Below are positions 49,448-58,087 of a stretch of DNA of 64,000 nt, in pieces. The position numbers and the translations under genes are program-made. The notes under the pieces are model-generated. The model saw only the letters and a list, made by a program, of their open reading frames with translations. It ran no database searches and had not been told where the DNA came from. Source of the DNA: a virus. Its lineage: Duplodnaviria; Caudoviricetes. The stretch is taken from positions 128,001 to 192,000 of the IMG/VR virus record IMGVR_UViG_3300037467_003067. One strand, written 5' to 3'. Each line of letters starts with the position of its first letter. Position 1 is the stretch's first letter.

Positions 49448-50369
49448 ATCCGTATTTGCCTTGATCCCTTCCAAATTTTGCGAGACCATGATCGGCAACA
49501 TTGGATGCTCTCAAGAAGTATTTCAATTATTGAAATATTATGACGCAACTATAATTCCAGTCTCTATCAAGAATGGCATGCATCTCTGCCGTAATTCACT
49601 CCTGGATCGTTCCCGATACGACTGGCAATTGTTATTGGACCCATGGGAAATGCTGGTCCAGGGGGACATACTGGACCGGCTTCGCACCGACGGCAAAGCC
49701 GCCAAATTCTCTGTCATACAAGGCGACCATTTGTCCTATCAGACTCGATTCTGGCGAAAGTCTAAGGCTCGGTTCGTCAATCCGGTATTCGAACGAGTCG
49801 ACCTAGACGGGGAACCCTCGGGCGGGATGATCATTTCCGGGCACGGCGACACGTTGGCAAGAGACCTAGCTCTCGCCAACGATTGGGTGAATAATGCCCC
49901 GACCAATCCCGACCCGTATTACTATCGCGCCTGTCTCCATCTATTCTCGATGGAGAATTACGATAGCTTTCTCCAAGATGCTGAATCCTACTTCTTCATG
50001 GAATCCCAGACCGATTCCCCCTCGGCGATCATGATGCGATATTACCTCGCCGGGGTTTATTGCTTCGCCAGGAAAGATGTCCCCAAGGCAATTCAGAATC
50101 TCGCTTCTTGCCTCGCAATGCGACCAACGATGGCGGAATTCTGGTGTCTCTTGGGCGACATCTATTACCACCTTATGAGGCAATATGGGAAAGCGGCAGT
50201 ATTCTATGAGAACGCCATGATCTTGGGATCACGGAGGCTGAATATAGACGCCTTCCCTATGGAAATATCCAAATACGAAGAATACCCCAAGAAGATGTTG
50301 ACCAATTGTAATGAGATTATTGCCGCTTCTGTTCGTGTGGGGGAAATTCGTAATCGTACGACCCATTGA
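49383..50369 (+). CDS. Degenerate GT2-like glycosyltransferase with TPR C-terminus
   Basis: LKQCLESV, RNSLL, WQLLLDPWE, F.NPVFE, helical repeats. Confidence 0.6.
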   Translation: MLTIQVLVDQATQSETLKQCLESVFALIPSKFCETMIGNIGCSQEVFQLLKYYDATIIPVSIKNGMHLCRNSLLDRSRYDWQLLLDPWEMLVQGDILDRLRTDGKAAKFSVIQGDHLSYQTRFWRKSKARFVNPVFERVDLDGEPSGGMIISGHGDTLARDLALANDWVNNAPTNPDPYYYRACLHLFSMENYDSFLQDAESYFFMESQTDSPSAIMMRYYLAGVYCFARKDVPKAIQNLASCLAMRPTMAEFWCLLGDIYYHLMRQYGKAAVFYENAMILGSRRLNIDAFPMEISKYEEYPKKMLTNCNEIIAASVRVGEIRNRTTH

Positions 50370-50721
50370 TGCAAAATTCCCTGGTCCTCACGCGGTCGAA
50401 ATCATTGTTCTCTATGGTTGACTTGAGCAATTGAAACGCTTCGTCGAAGTCATTGGGGATGTCGGCGACTTCGCGATAGTAGTTCTGGATTCCGTACATG
50501 CCGCATCCCAAATAAACATCCTTCAAAGATTCAGTTTTTTGGTCATATCCCATGATGTAGCTATTTGGCTTAAAAGATGATTTGTGAATAGAGATACCTT
50601 TGTAGATATCGCCAACTATGATCATTGCTGTTTTTTCAGAAAGAAGGGCGAAGTATTGAAGATCGCGACCGGGGAAATGATCTACAAGAGCGGCATAAAG
50701 GCGATCGATATCTAGTTTCAT
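50317..50721 (-). CDS. Hypothetical protein
   Basis: Coupled, last gene of a minus-strand operon. Confidence 0.55.
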   Translation of the reverse strand: MKLDIDRLYAALVDHFPGRDLQYFALLSEKTAMIIVGDIYKGISIHKSSFKPNSYIMGYDQKTESLKDVYLGCGMYGIQNYYREVADIPNDFDEAFQLLKSTIENNDFDRVRTREFCINGSYDYEFPPHEQKRQ

Positions 50722-51134
50722 TAAAATATATCCAGTTCATTTACGATTACGGTAACATGGTCTTCGTGTCGGGCGATGGCGAGTTGCTTGCGACCGGGTG
50801 GCAGGTTACGGAGCTTGGTCTCAAGTTCATCGACATGGCAATTGATAACGCTCCAGTAGTTCTGTGATAGCTGCTTCGCCTCTTCTTCCGGACTCTGATA
50901 CTCCTTGGACGGGAAATATTTTCTCAGTACGTCACTACAGTCCTGGAGTATCTTGCGGTAGATCGGGACGTTGCAGGCACATCCTGGATTCTTAAGGAAT
51001 TTCTGGACATCGGGGAGAACGTGGTCGGGAAGTTGGTCACGAAAACGGGCATCCAGGAGCGCCTGCTTGACATCATTCAGACGTATCGTGTTCTTGCTTG
51101 GGTTCTGGGACATTGGGTTGACTCTTCGGGACAT
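50721..51134 (-). CDS. Hypothetical protein with NPGCACN motif
   Basis: Overlapping operon ORF. Confidence 0.7.
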   Translation of the reverse strand: MSRRVNPMSQNPSKNTIRLNDVKQALLDARFRDQLPDHVLPDVQKFLKNPGCACNVPIYRKILQDCSDVLRKYFPSKEYQSPEEEAKQLSQNYWSVINCHVDELETKLRNLPPGRKQLAIARHEDHVTVIVNELDIF

Positions 51135-51354
51135 TGTATTTCTTGAGGGTGACGCCCCTGCCGCACTTGGGGCATTTGAATTTAGGCATCACCGGAATCG
51201 GGTCGAATGTTTCGGTCTTGTTGGTTTGCTTATTGAGAACCGGTATCCTGCCGGGGACATTGGATACGGTCCTCGCAACCAAATCCACGTTGAGCGGGTC
51301 TTCGACCACCTTCTTGTACCCGCACGGCTCGCAATAAATGACGTAGGTTCTCAT
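51073..51354 (-). CDS. CxxC/zinc-ribbon protein
   Basis: CEPC...CPKC. Confidence 0.7.
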   Translation of the reverse strand: MRTYVIYCEPCGYKKVVEDPLNVDLVARTVSNVPGRIPVLNKQTNKTETFDPIPVMPKFKCPKCGRGVTLKKYNVPKSQPNVPEPKQEHDTSE

Positions 51355-51716
51355 AGGCTCTCGTATGGGTACTCCTCATCATCAGGAGGACCGTCGGCAA
51401 AAGGAAAGGGGATGGCGGTATTGGCTTCGATATACTCAGCCAGCAACGCGGCGAAATGGGACAGGAAACTCCCGGCGAATCCTGCCATCAGGACAACGGG
51501 CAGACTGTGGGATAGCATGACGAATCCCGTCAAGAGTCCAGCCCAGAAGCCGGTACACTGGTAGCATTCAAGAACTTCGAACACCTTTTCGGGCAAATGA
51601 TCCCTGAGAAAATTACGGGGAACATCGAATATCTTTCCGTAGACCAAGATGTTCGTCAGACCAATCGTCGATAAAATAAACAAGACTAAATTAACCATAT
51701 TCATCTCCAAAAACAT
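51351..51716 (-). CDS. DUF1360-like membrane protein with CxxC
   Basis: Hydrophobic helices; IFDVPR...LECYQCTGFW. Confidence 0.65.
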   Translation of the reverse strand: MFLEMNMVNLVLFILSTIGLTNILVYGKIFDVPRNFLRDHLPEKVFEVLECYQCTGFWAGLLTGFVMLSHSLPVVLMAGFAGSFLSHFAALLAEYIEANTAIPFPFADGPPDDEEYPYESL

Positions 51717-52066
51717 ACTTTTACTTCTTCTTTATTTCTTGTAATACAAAAATGAGGAAATAATTCTTGACTATTGAGAGAATTTTCTACATCATCCAAG
51801 GAATAATTCAAATTTTTTACTATGTTATAATCTAGAATCTCTTTTTTAATTTCATCGCCTACATGATCGGCGATGATTTCCAAATGGTCGTCGCCGACCG
51901 TCTTGATGAAATCCAGTATTGACCTTTTGCCGAGTTGCCGCATCGCTGGCACGTGCTGTGCCAATGTCCAAGAATCAAATAAGGATTTAAACTCTGGCAA
52001 TTTCCGCTGGAGAGATTTGTCTTGGAAAACGACTTCTTGCGTGGTTGATAAATTAAGTTCAATCAT
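51701..52066 (-). CDS. Hypothetical protein
   Basis: First gene of the coupled operon. Confidence 0.65.
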   Translation of the reverse strand: MIELNLSTTQEVVFQDKSLQRKLPEFKSLFDSWTLAQHVPAMRQLGKRSILDFIKTVGDDHLEIIADHVGDEIKKEILDYNIVKNLNYSLDDVENSLNSQELFPHFCITRNKEEVKVCFWR

Positions 52067-52136
52067 ACTAATTTAAAATAATTGATTCGACTCTTCATTG
52101 CTCTCCATTTAATCTAGTTTTCAAATAGGATATTTT

Positions 52137-53240
52137 ATGTCTGATGAAACTTTTCGTCCCGAAAGGCGACGACCCACTCGCGACCTTTTCGCCGACAAGG
52201 ACCCCGGATTGGCTTGGGAAGAGCCGGAAGCTCCGACCAATGTCGATCCCGTACAGCATTCCGAAGCTGTTCAACCGGCAACCCCGGCAACCCCGGCGAC
52301 CCCGCCCGGCGTTGAAATTCGCGGCAATGTACCACCTCAATTTGCTGCCATGCTGAAGGGGGAAAACACCCGACGTGAAACTTCGCCGCAGCGACCTGCC
52401 CCGAGGCCGCAGTCCTTCGGGACGAGCGCGAGCCAGGGTGCCAACAACGAGCACATCGAGTCGCTGTTCCGTCGCCTGACTGCCAAGACTCACCACTATG
52501 ACGAGGTTCTCCTGCCCTCCAAGGGACGATTCTACAATGGCACGGACGGTCCCACGGACGGCATCATCTACATCCGACCGATGACCGGCGAAGAAGAGCA
52601 GATACTTGCTACTCCCCGCTACGTGAAGCGAGGCAAGGCGATCGACATGATCTTTGAAGATTGCATCCAGAACAAGATCACGGCGAGCAAGCTCCTGAGC
52701 GTCGACCGGACCTACCTGCTGATCTACCTTCGCGGGATCTCTTATACCCCGATCTACGAGGTTGAGGTCAAGTGCCCCGAGTGTTCACACAAGCATCCAG
52801 CACAAATTAATCTTGACGAACTTACGGTCGAGCATTGCCCCGATGACTTCGGATACGATAGCCTCGAAGGAGTCCTTCCGGTTTCCGAATTCAAGTTCTC
52901 CTACCGACTGGCATGCGGCGCGGACGATGCCGAAATCAGCCAGTATCGCGAACGTCGATCCAAGGCGTGGGGAGACCAAACCCGAGACGACACGCTCCAT
53001 TATCGAACCGCGTTGTTGCTGAATGAGGTTGAGGGCGTTACGGACAAGGGACAGATTCAGCAGCTTGCCAAGCGGCTCCCAATCAATGACGTGGCTCACA
53101 TCCGCAATTTGGTCAATAACCCCCCGTTCGGCGTGGACACGAAAATCGAGATGATCTGTCCTGCGTGTTTCGCGGAATACTCGGTTGAACTGCCGATGGA
53201 GACGGGTTTTTTCTTCCCGAGTCGGAAGACGTCGAGCTAA
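52137..53240 (+). CDS. Baseplate hub / tail assembly chaperone, T4 gp26-like
   Basis: LPSKG, RPMTGEEE.IL, DR.YLL..LR..S, CPEC, CPAC, C-terminal GFFF. Confidence 0.75.
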   Translation: MSDETFRPERRRPTRDLFADKDPGLAWEEPEAPTNVDPVQHSEAVQPATPATPATPPGVEIRGNVPPQFAAMLKGENTRRETSPQRPAPRPQSFGTSASQGANNEHIESLFRRLTAKTHHYDEVLLPSKGRFYNGTDGPTDGIIYIRPMTGEEEQILATPRYVKRGKAIDMIFEDCIQNKITASKLLSVDRTYLLIYLRGISYTPIYEVEVKCPECSHKHPAQINLDELTVEHCPDDFGYDSLEGVLPVSEFKFSYRLACGADDAEISQYRERRSKAWGDQTRDDTLHYRTALLLNEVEGVTDKGQIQQLAKRLPINDVAHIRNLVNNPPFGVDTKIEMICPACFAEYSVELPMETGFFFPSRKTSS

Positions 53241-53425
53241 ACTGTATTGATTTGTGGAAAAATCTCATGGAAGAGATTTTCCTGTTCCAGTATCATTTAA
53301 GAATGAGTAGATTTGATAGCATGACATTGCCCGTTTACGAACGTAAGTGGATCATCCAAAGGTTCATTAGTCAAAAAGAGAAGGAAAACGACGCAATGGA
53401 GAAGGCTAAGAAGAAAGCGAAGTGA
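53204..53425 (+). CDS. gp51-like / tail chaperone 'T' ORF, probably reached by -1 frameshift
   Basis: -1 frame open from G GGT TTT TTC to TGA 53425: ...EIFLFQYHLRMSRFDSMTLPVYERKWII... Confidence 0.72.
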   Translation, partial: GFFLPESEDVELNCIDLWKNLMEEIFLFQYHLRMSRFDSMTLPVYERKWIIQRFISQKEKENDAMEKAKKKAK

Positions 53426-53426
53426 A

Positions 53427-53606
53427 ATGGTCAATAATTTTTGGGTTGATAAGCGTCGAGAGCGAGAGTTGATGAAGTACCGCGAGGAAATCGCCAAGCA
53501 TTTCAAGATCACGGTCAGTGAGTTTCTGGGCATGGGGAAGATCGAGCGGTACGAACTACTGGAAGAATACCTCAGGAAATCCAATTCCAAGAAGAAGGGG
53601 AAGTAA
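53427..53606 (+). CDS. Unannotated 59-aa second gp51/T-like protein
   Basis: MVNNFW...HFKITVSEFLGMGKIERYELL; fills the gap to 53607. Confidence 0.6.
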   Translation: MVNNFWVDKRRERELMKYREEIAKHFKITVSEFLGMGKIERYELLEEYLRKSNSKKKGK

Positions 53607-54341
53607 GTGAAGGAGAGGCATCAGAACCCAACCATCGGCGATACGGTACGGCTGAGGCTGTTCGTCTACAACTCGAACAACCTCGCCGACCTCGTCAGCG
53701 TCGATTCTATCAATCTCTACGTTTGCGATCCGACCGCAGCGACCATGGAAAATCCCGAGGGAAAGACCTTGGTCGCCGAACTCGATCCAGCCAATGTTGT
53801 CCATGAAAGCACTGGAACGTATTACATTGATGTATTACTTGAGAATCCTCAATTCACTCTGGGCAAGTACACGGACGAATGGACCATCACGGTCGATTCC
53901 AACATCCCCGCTCAGGTGGTCCAGAATGAATTCAGGGTCTATCCACAGTTGTGGTATACCACACCAGTACCGGTTGTCTATGATTTTTCTTTCGACTTTC
54001 AACCGAACAAGATTCGCAAGGGGTCGAAACAATACCTGCGAATCCGCGTGACGCCCAATGTGCCTCGCGCCACCGACCTCGCCCGCTACTACGAAAACCT
54101 CGCAATCGTGGGCGACGTCAAGGTGTCGATCGAGCAGAAGTGTGGTCCGTGTGTCCCCGCCGAGCGTGACCTCAGACTCATCGTCGATGAGGAATCCGTC
54201 TGTTACAAAGAGAAGTGCTACGGTTATTTTTTGTTGGACACAGAGGATATGGACTGTGGCGTCTACGGCATCTGGTTCACCTTGTGCATCGGCGGCAATC
54301 GCTACCTCTCCGATGTGATGAACTTACAGATTTTCGAGTAA
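53607..54341 (+). CDS. Probable virion protein (Ig-like beta domains, Cys-rich)
   Basis: GDTVRLR, STGTYY, G.Y.D.W; lies in the tail module. Confidence 0.6.
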   Translation: MKERHQNPTIGDTVRLRLFVYNSNNLADLVSVDSINLYVCDPTAATMENPEGKTLVAELDPANVVHESTGTYYIDVLLENPQFTLGKYTDEWTITVDSNIPAQVVQNEFRVYPQLWYTTPVPVVYDFSFDFQPNKIRKGSKQYLRIRVTPNVPRATDLARYYENLAIVGDVKVSIEQKCGPCVPAERDLRLIVDEESVCYKEKCYGYFLLDTEDMDCGVYGIWFTLCIGGNRYLSDVMNLQIFE

Positions 54342-54351
54342 GGATGATCGA

Positions 54352-54780
54352 ATGAGCGATGGAAAATTATACGATGAGAAGCTCGCCGAATTAGCGACCA
54401 GTCAATGGCTGAGCGACACTGTCAAGACCGCGACCTCTGATAGATTCATCTTGATGTCGGGAGGTTTCGGCATCCTCAACCCTTGGGTCAAGCGAGCAAG
54501 ATATTCTTTGATGCCCAACAGGAGCATCGATATCCGATGGTATGACATCAAGAGTCCCGATGGGCGGAATCCCCTGAGGGATTACCTGGTTCACATGTTA
54601 AATAGCAACAATTCCGATTCCTTCGTATTGACCAATTACGACGACCTTGGAAGGGAATTCGGAACGATCAGTTTCTACGGGTGTAAGTTGGTCGACCATT
54701 TCGCCGAATTCGACTACTTCGTGTCCGACACACTCTCGCACAAATTGGTCTTTAATTTTGCTGATTTCAAATTTGATTGA
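54352..54780 (+). CDS. Hypothetical, tail-tube-fold-like
   Basis: RF, I.WYD, L..YD..G, F.G.K pattern recalls tube proteins. Confidence 0.45.
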   Translation: MSDGKLYDEKLAELATSQWLSDTVKTATSDRFILMSGGFGILNPWVKRARYSLMPNRSIDIRWYDIKSPDGRNPLRDYLVHMLNSNNSDSFVLTNYDDLGREFGTISFYGCKLVDHFAEFDYFVSDTLSHKLVFNFADFKFD

Positions 54781-54900
54781 AGAATTTGTTTGAATTCTTT
54801 AGACGTCTGTGATAATATATTCATGTTAGTTATTCCTCGGGAGGTATGACCAGACTCCCAAACACAAGCTCGACTGAGGATAAGAGTTTTCTTTATTTGG

Positions 54901-55827
54901 TTGCTAGGAAGTATTTCAGTGGGTTATTCTCAACGCTTCGTACTTTGTATTTTAGTTAATGGAGTTCCTCAAAAAGAACTCGCTAATGGCGAATGCCATA
55001 TCCCGTTTAATTCCCAATACAGTATCCGTCTGAGAAATCGCAACAATCGAGCCGCAGCCGTCCAGATATACATCGACGGCGAGAATGTCAGCGGCGAGGG
55101 CTACAAGGTCCCTGCAAACGACAAGGTCGACATCCATCGCTATGCCGAAAAGGACGTAACCTTCAAGTTCGTCGACCTCGAAAGCCCCGACGCCGTAGAA
55201 TACGGCAAGAATGGTCCTAACCCCGACAAGGTTAAGGGAACCATAGAAGCCAGGTTCTATCTTGAAAAAGAGAAACCGACTCCTGCCAAGGTCGAGCATC
55301 ATCACCATCATTATCCCCAACCCTATCCAGTCGACCCGTACGGTCCTTGGAAGTACCCTTATCGTCATCGCCCTTACAGTCATAGGTGTCTTAAACTATA
55401 TGATGATGCTCCTGGGGCAGAATGTAAATCACTAACATCTTTTGATGGAGTGATTAGTACCAATAGTAGCCTTCATGGTTCAAGCACTCCTGTTGAAGAG
55501 CGATGGCATCCACCAACAGCGGATGAAGATACTTGGATTCCAATTCGACCCAAGGAAAGCCACGATTTAGTTCGCGAAGGGGCTACCGTAGAGGGAACGG
55601 TTTCTGGTCAGAGATTCCACAAGGTCACGATGGACCTCGAAGACAGCTACGTCAGCGTCAAGGTCTTCCTGAAGGGTTACGATGCCAAGCCAGCCAAGGT
55701 CGAGGTCGTGGTTCCCCAAGAATCAGTAAACGTGCCGCAGACCCCAGCCAAGTTTTGTACTTCTTGCGGGACTTCAATTCAGCAAGGCAATAAATTTTGT
55801 GGTAATTGCGGCGTGAAGTTAGTATAA
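54901..55827 (+). CDS. Hypothetical protein with His tract and C-terminal zinc ribbon
   Basis: YSIRLRN...IYIDGENV, HHHHH, FCTSCG...FCGNCG; start uncertain. Confidence 0.7.
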   Translation: MLGSISVGYSQRFVLCILVNGVPQKELANGECHIPFNSQYSIRLRNRNNRAAAVQIYIDGENVSGEGYKVPANDKVDIHRYAEKDVTFKFVDLESPDAVEYGKNGPNPDKVKGTIEARFYLEKEKPTPAKVEHHHHHYPQPYPVDPYGPWKYPYRHRPYSHRCLKLYDDAPGAECKSLTSFDGVISTNSSLHGSSTPVEERWHPPTADEDTWIPIRPKESHDLVREGATVEGTVSGQRFHKVTMDLEDSYVSVKVFLKGYDAKPAKVEVVVPQESVNVPQTPAKFCTSCGTSIQQGNKFCGNCGVKLV

Positions 55828-55844
55828 TCAGGATAATGATCCCA

Positions 55845-55875
55845 GACCGCCTGTGGTGATGCAGGCGGTTTTTTC
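55845..55875 (+). terminator. Intrinsic terminator
   Basis: GACCGCCTG-TGGTGATG-CAGGCGGTTTTTT. Confidence 0.75.
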
Positions 55876-55892
55876 GGTCAAGGAGAGATCAA

Positions 55893-56510
55893 TTGAAGAC
55901 ATACCCATCTATCCCCTACTACAAAGACCATATCGGCAAATCATGTATCACCTTCGTGAAATACGACGGCTCAAACTTGCGATTCGAATGGCGCAAGAAA
56001 CGGGGCTGGCACAAGTTCGGAACCAGGAGGCACCTGTTTGATCGAGACCACGCAACCTACGGGGTGGCAGTCGAGATTTTCGAGAACACGCTCGCCGAAC
56101 CCCTGGAACGGATCTTCTGCGATCACAAGGATTACCGGAGCGTCCCCGAGGTGACGGTGTTCGCCGAATTCTTCGGTCCGAACTCCTTCGCTGGCGACCA
56201 CGTGCCTGAAGATCCCAAGGAACTGATCCTTTTCGATGTCAATCCCTTGAAGAAGGGATTCGTCTCGCCCCGAGACTTTGTCAAGCACTTCGGGGATCTT
56301 CGGTATACTGCCGAGGTGTTGTACGAGGGTGACTTGACCGAAGAATTCATTCAAGACGTGATCGACGGGAAGGTGCCAGTCCAGGAAGGCGTGGTTGCCA
56401 AGGGAAATTCTGGACACCAATTATGGAGTTGTAAAATTAAAACCGCGTCTTGGGTGGAACGAGTGAAAGATAAATTCAAGGACAACTGGCAGCAATACCA
56501 CGATCAGTGA
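55893..56510 (+). CDS. RNA ligase-like nucleotidyltransferase (Rnl2-type)
   Basis: KYDGSN, AEFFG, FDV, EGVV, KIK. Confidence 0.75.
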   Translation: MKTYPSIPYYKDHIGKSCITFVKYDGSNLRFEWRKKRGWHKFGTRRHLFDRDHATYGVAVEIFENTLAEPLERIFCDHKDYRSVPEVTVFAEFFGPNSFAGDHVPEDPKELILFDVNPLKKGFVSPRDFVKHFGDLRYTAEVLYEGDLTEEFIQDVIDGKVPVQEGVVAKGNSGHQLWSCKIKTASWVERVKDKFKDNWQQYHDQ

Positions 56511-56530
56511 AATAGATTTCAGATGCAATG

Positions 56531-56577
56531 AAAAAACCGGGGCGAAGTGTATTCAAGTACACTTCGCCTCGGTTTCA
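56531..56577. terminator. Hairpin between convergent genes
   Basis: AAACCGGGGCGAAGTGTA-TTCAAG-TACACTTCGCCTCGGTTT. Confidence 0.75.
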
Positions 56578-56582
56578 TTTGG

Positions 56583-56810
56583 TCAACGTCGAGGACCGGA
56601 GATCTTGACTTGGGTTCGGATCGTGTTTCCGTGGCGGTAAGACCGAGTTGAATAAACGCGCATCCGGCCGCCCGAGTAGACGTTAGTGTACGTGCGGGTG
56701 GTAGGACCCATCCGATATACCCGAGTGGTGGAGTGGTACTCCCTCGCCTCGCTGGCGTTGAAGGAAACCATCGCGAGCATCAGAAACGCTAACGGCAGCC
56801 ACTTCTTCAT
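56583..56810 (-). CDS. Small secreted basic protein
   Basis: AGGAG RBS; signal peptide MKKWLPLAFLMLAMVSFNASEA; R/T/Y-rich mature part. Confidence 0.7.
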   Translation of the reverse strand: MKKWLPLAFLMLAMVSFNASEAREYHSTTRVYRMGPTTRTYTNVYSGGRMRVYSTRSYRHGNTIRTQVKISGPRR

Positions 56811-56843
56811 AGAAGTCTCCTGTCAAGGTGTGTGTTGGTGCGG

Positions 56844-56992
56844 AAACGCCTTTAGGACGTGGAATGAGAATCTCTACAAGATTGGTCCTCTAACCACTCG
56901 AACCTAGTGTTAAACGCCTCTAGGGCGTAGAGTAAAAAATATTACGTCTTAGATACCAGAAAGACGGGCAATGTGAAATGCCTCAGGGACGT
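56844..56992. repeat. Three spaced 15-bp imperfect palindromes
   Basis: ACGCCTTTAGGACGT (56846), ACGCCTCTAGGGCGT (56914), ATGCCTCAGGGACGT (56978). Confidence 0.65.
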
Positions 56993-57014
56993 GAATTGCC
57001 AAAGAACTATGCTA

Positions 57015-57764
57015 TCATTGTAGACTCTGTTGATCCTGTTGTAAACTAGATTCTTCCAATAATTTTTTCGCTCTCTGTTCTCTGTCCGAGATCATCGCGA
57101 AATACTCGGGATTCTTCTCGATCCCTATGTAGTTTCGCCCGGTTCTAATCGCAGCTTCAATCGTAGTCCCTGATCCGGCAAAGGCATCAAGCACTGTGTC
57201 CCCTGGACGTGATGACGATCGCATAATTTTCTCAATCAAAGCCAAGGGCTTTTGGTCTCGGTGACCAAGTCGTTCTTTGCTGAGATGTCCAAGTAACGCC
57301 GGACATTCGATCACGTCGCGCGGTAATGCCCCCTTGGAAGTGTCGTAGGGAGTCGTCGAAGACATCCTGCCAGCAGACGGTCGCATTCGTCCATGTAGCT
57401 TCAGTGTAGATTCTAAGTAAGGTATCCTCGCTGCATCTTCGTCGAAATAAGAATCAGAAGACTTATAGCCATAAATAATAGACTGCATCGCCATCCGCCA
57501 GCGACCCTTGGGCTTAGGGCTGTTCTTGTAATGCCAGACCAAGAAATCCTTGTGCGCAATCTTCAACTTTGAATACCAATGTTCGGCGACGATGCGTTTA
57601 TCACCGAAGATATAGACGCTGCCTGTATCCTTGAGGACGCGGACGAAATGGGCAAAGTGTTCGTCGATATCAATCATCTCGTAGGGAGGATCGGTCAAGA
57701 CGAGGTCGATCGAATTGTCGGGAATAAACGGCAGGATTTCGAGGCAATCTCCATGATGGAGCAT
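57015..57764 (-). CDS. Beta-class N4-C/N6-A DNA methyltransferase
   Basis: GDCLE, LTDPPY, H..QKP, VLDAFAGSGT. Confidence 0.9.
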   Translation of the reverse strand: MLHHGDCLEILPFIPDNSIDLVLTDPPYEMIDIDEHFAHFVRVLKDTGSVYIFGDKRIVAEHWYSKLKIAHKDFLVWHYKNSPKPKGRWRMAMQSIIYGYKSSDSYFDEDAARIPYLESTLKLHGRMRPSAGRMSSTTPYDTSKGALPRDVIECPALLGHLSKERLGHRDQKPLALIEKIMRSSSRPGDTVLDAFAGSGTTIEAAIRTGRNYIGIEKNPEYFAMISDREQRAKKLLEESSLQQDQQSLQ

Positions 57765-58087
57765 TATTTTTTACTCCAATTGACGTCAACAGGATACTTA
57801 ACTCCCGTGACATCATGATTATCGATCCAAATATAATTGCCGCCTCGGGGCTTACCCATCAGGAGCGAATGATGCTTGAAACCCCATTGGTCGAGCCACG
57901 TTTTTGTAATCGCCCGCATATCCTCGGTCCGACTCGTGAAGAAGGTCACGATATGACCCGAGTCGTAGAGGTTATTGACGTAATCGACCGCACCATCAAA
58001 CGGAACCACGTGGGGCATCCGTTCCACTTCCTCATTGGGAACGTCTTCGGTCACACAGCCATCAATATCAACAAGGTAATTAGCCAC
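57764..58087 (-). CDS. Minimal HAD-superfamily phosphatase
   Basis: VDIDG, FTSR, MGKP, WIDN. Confidence 0.8.
   Translation of the reverse strand: MANYLVDIDGCVTEDVPNEEVERMPHVVPFDGAVDYVNNLYDSGHIVTFFTSRTEDMRAITKTWLDQWGFKHHSLLMGKPRGGNYIWIDNHDVTGVKYPVDVNWSKK

Noticed and set aside
56835-56910. tRNA-like sequence on the minus strand (GAGTGGTTAGAGG, TTGTAGA loop, ACCA)
   Set aside because: There is no T-arm in the correct position and no acceptor-stem pairing.
56844-56992. CRISPR array
   Set aside because: The repeats are only about 15-17 bp and degenerate, there are three copies, and no cas genes are in the window. Kept as operator-like boxes.
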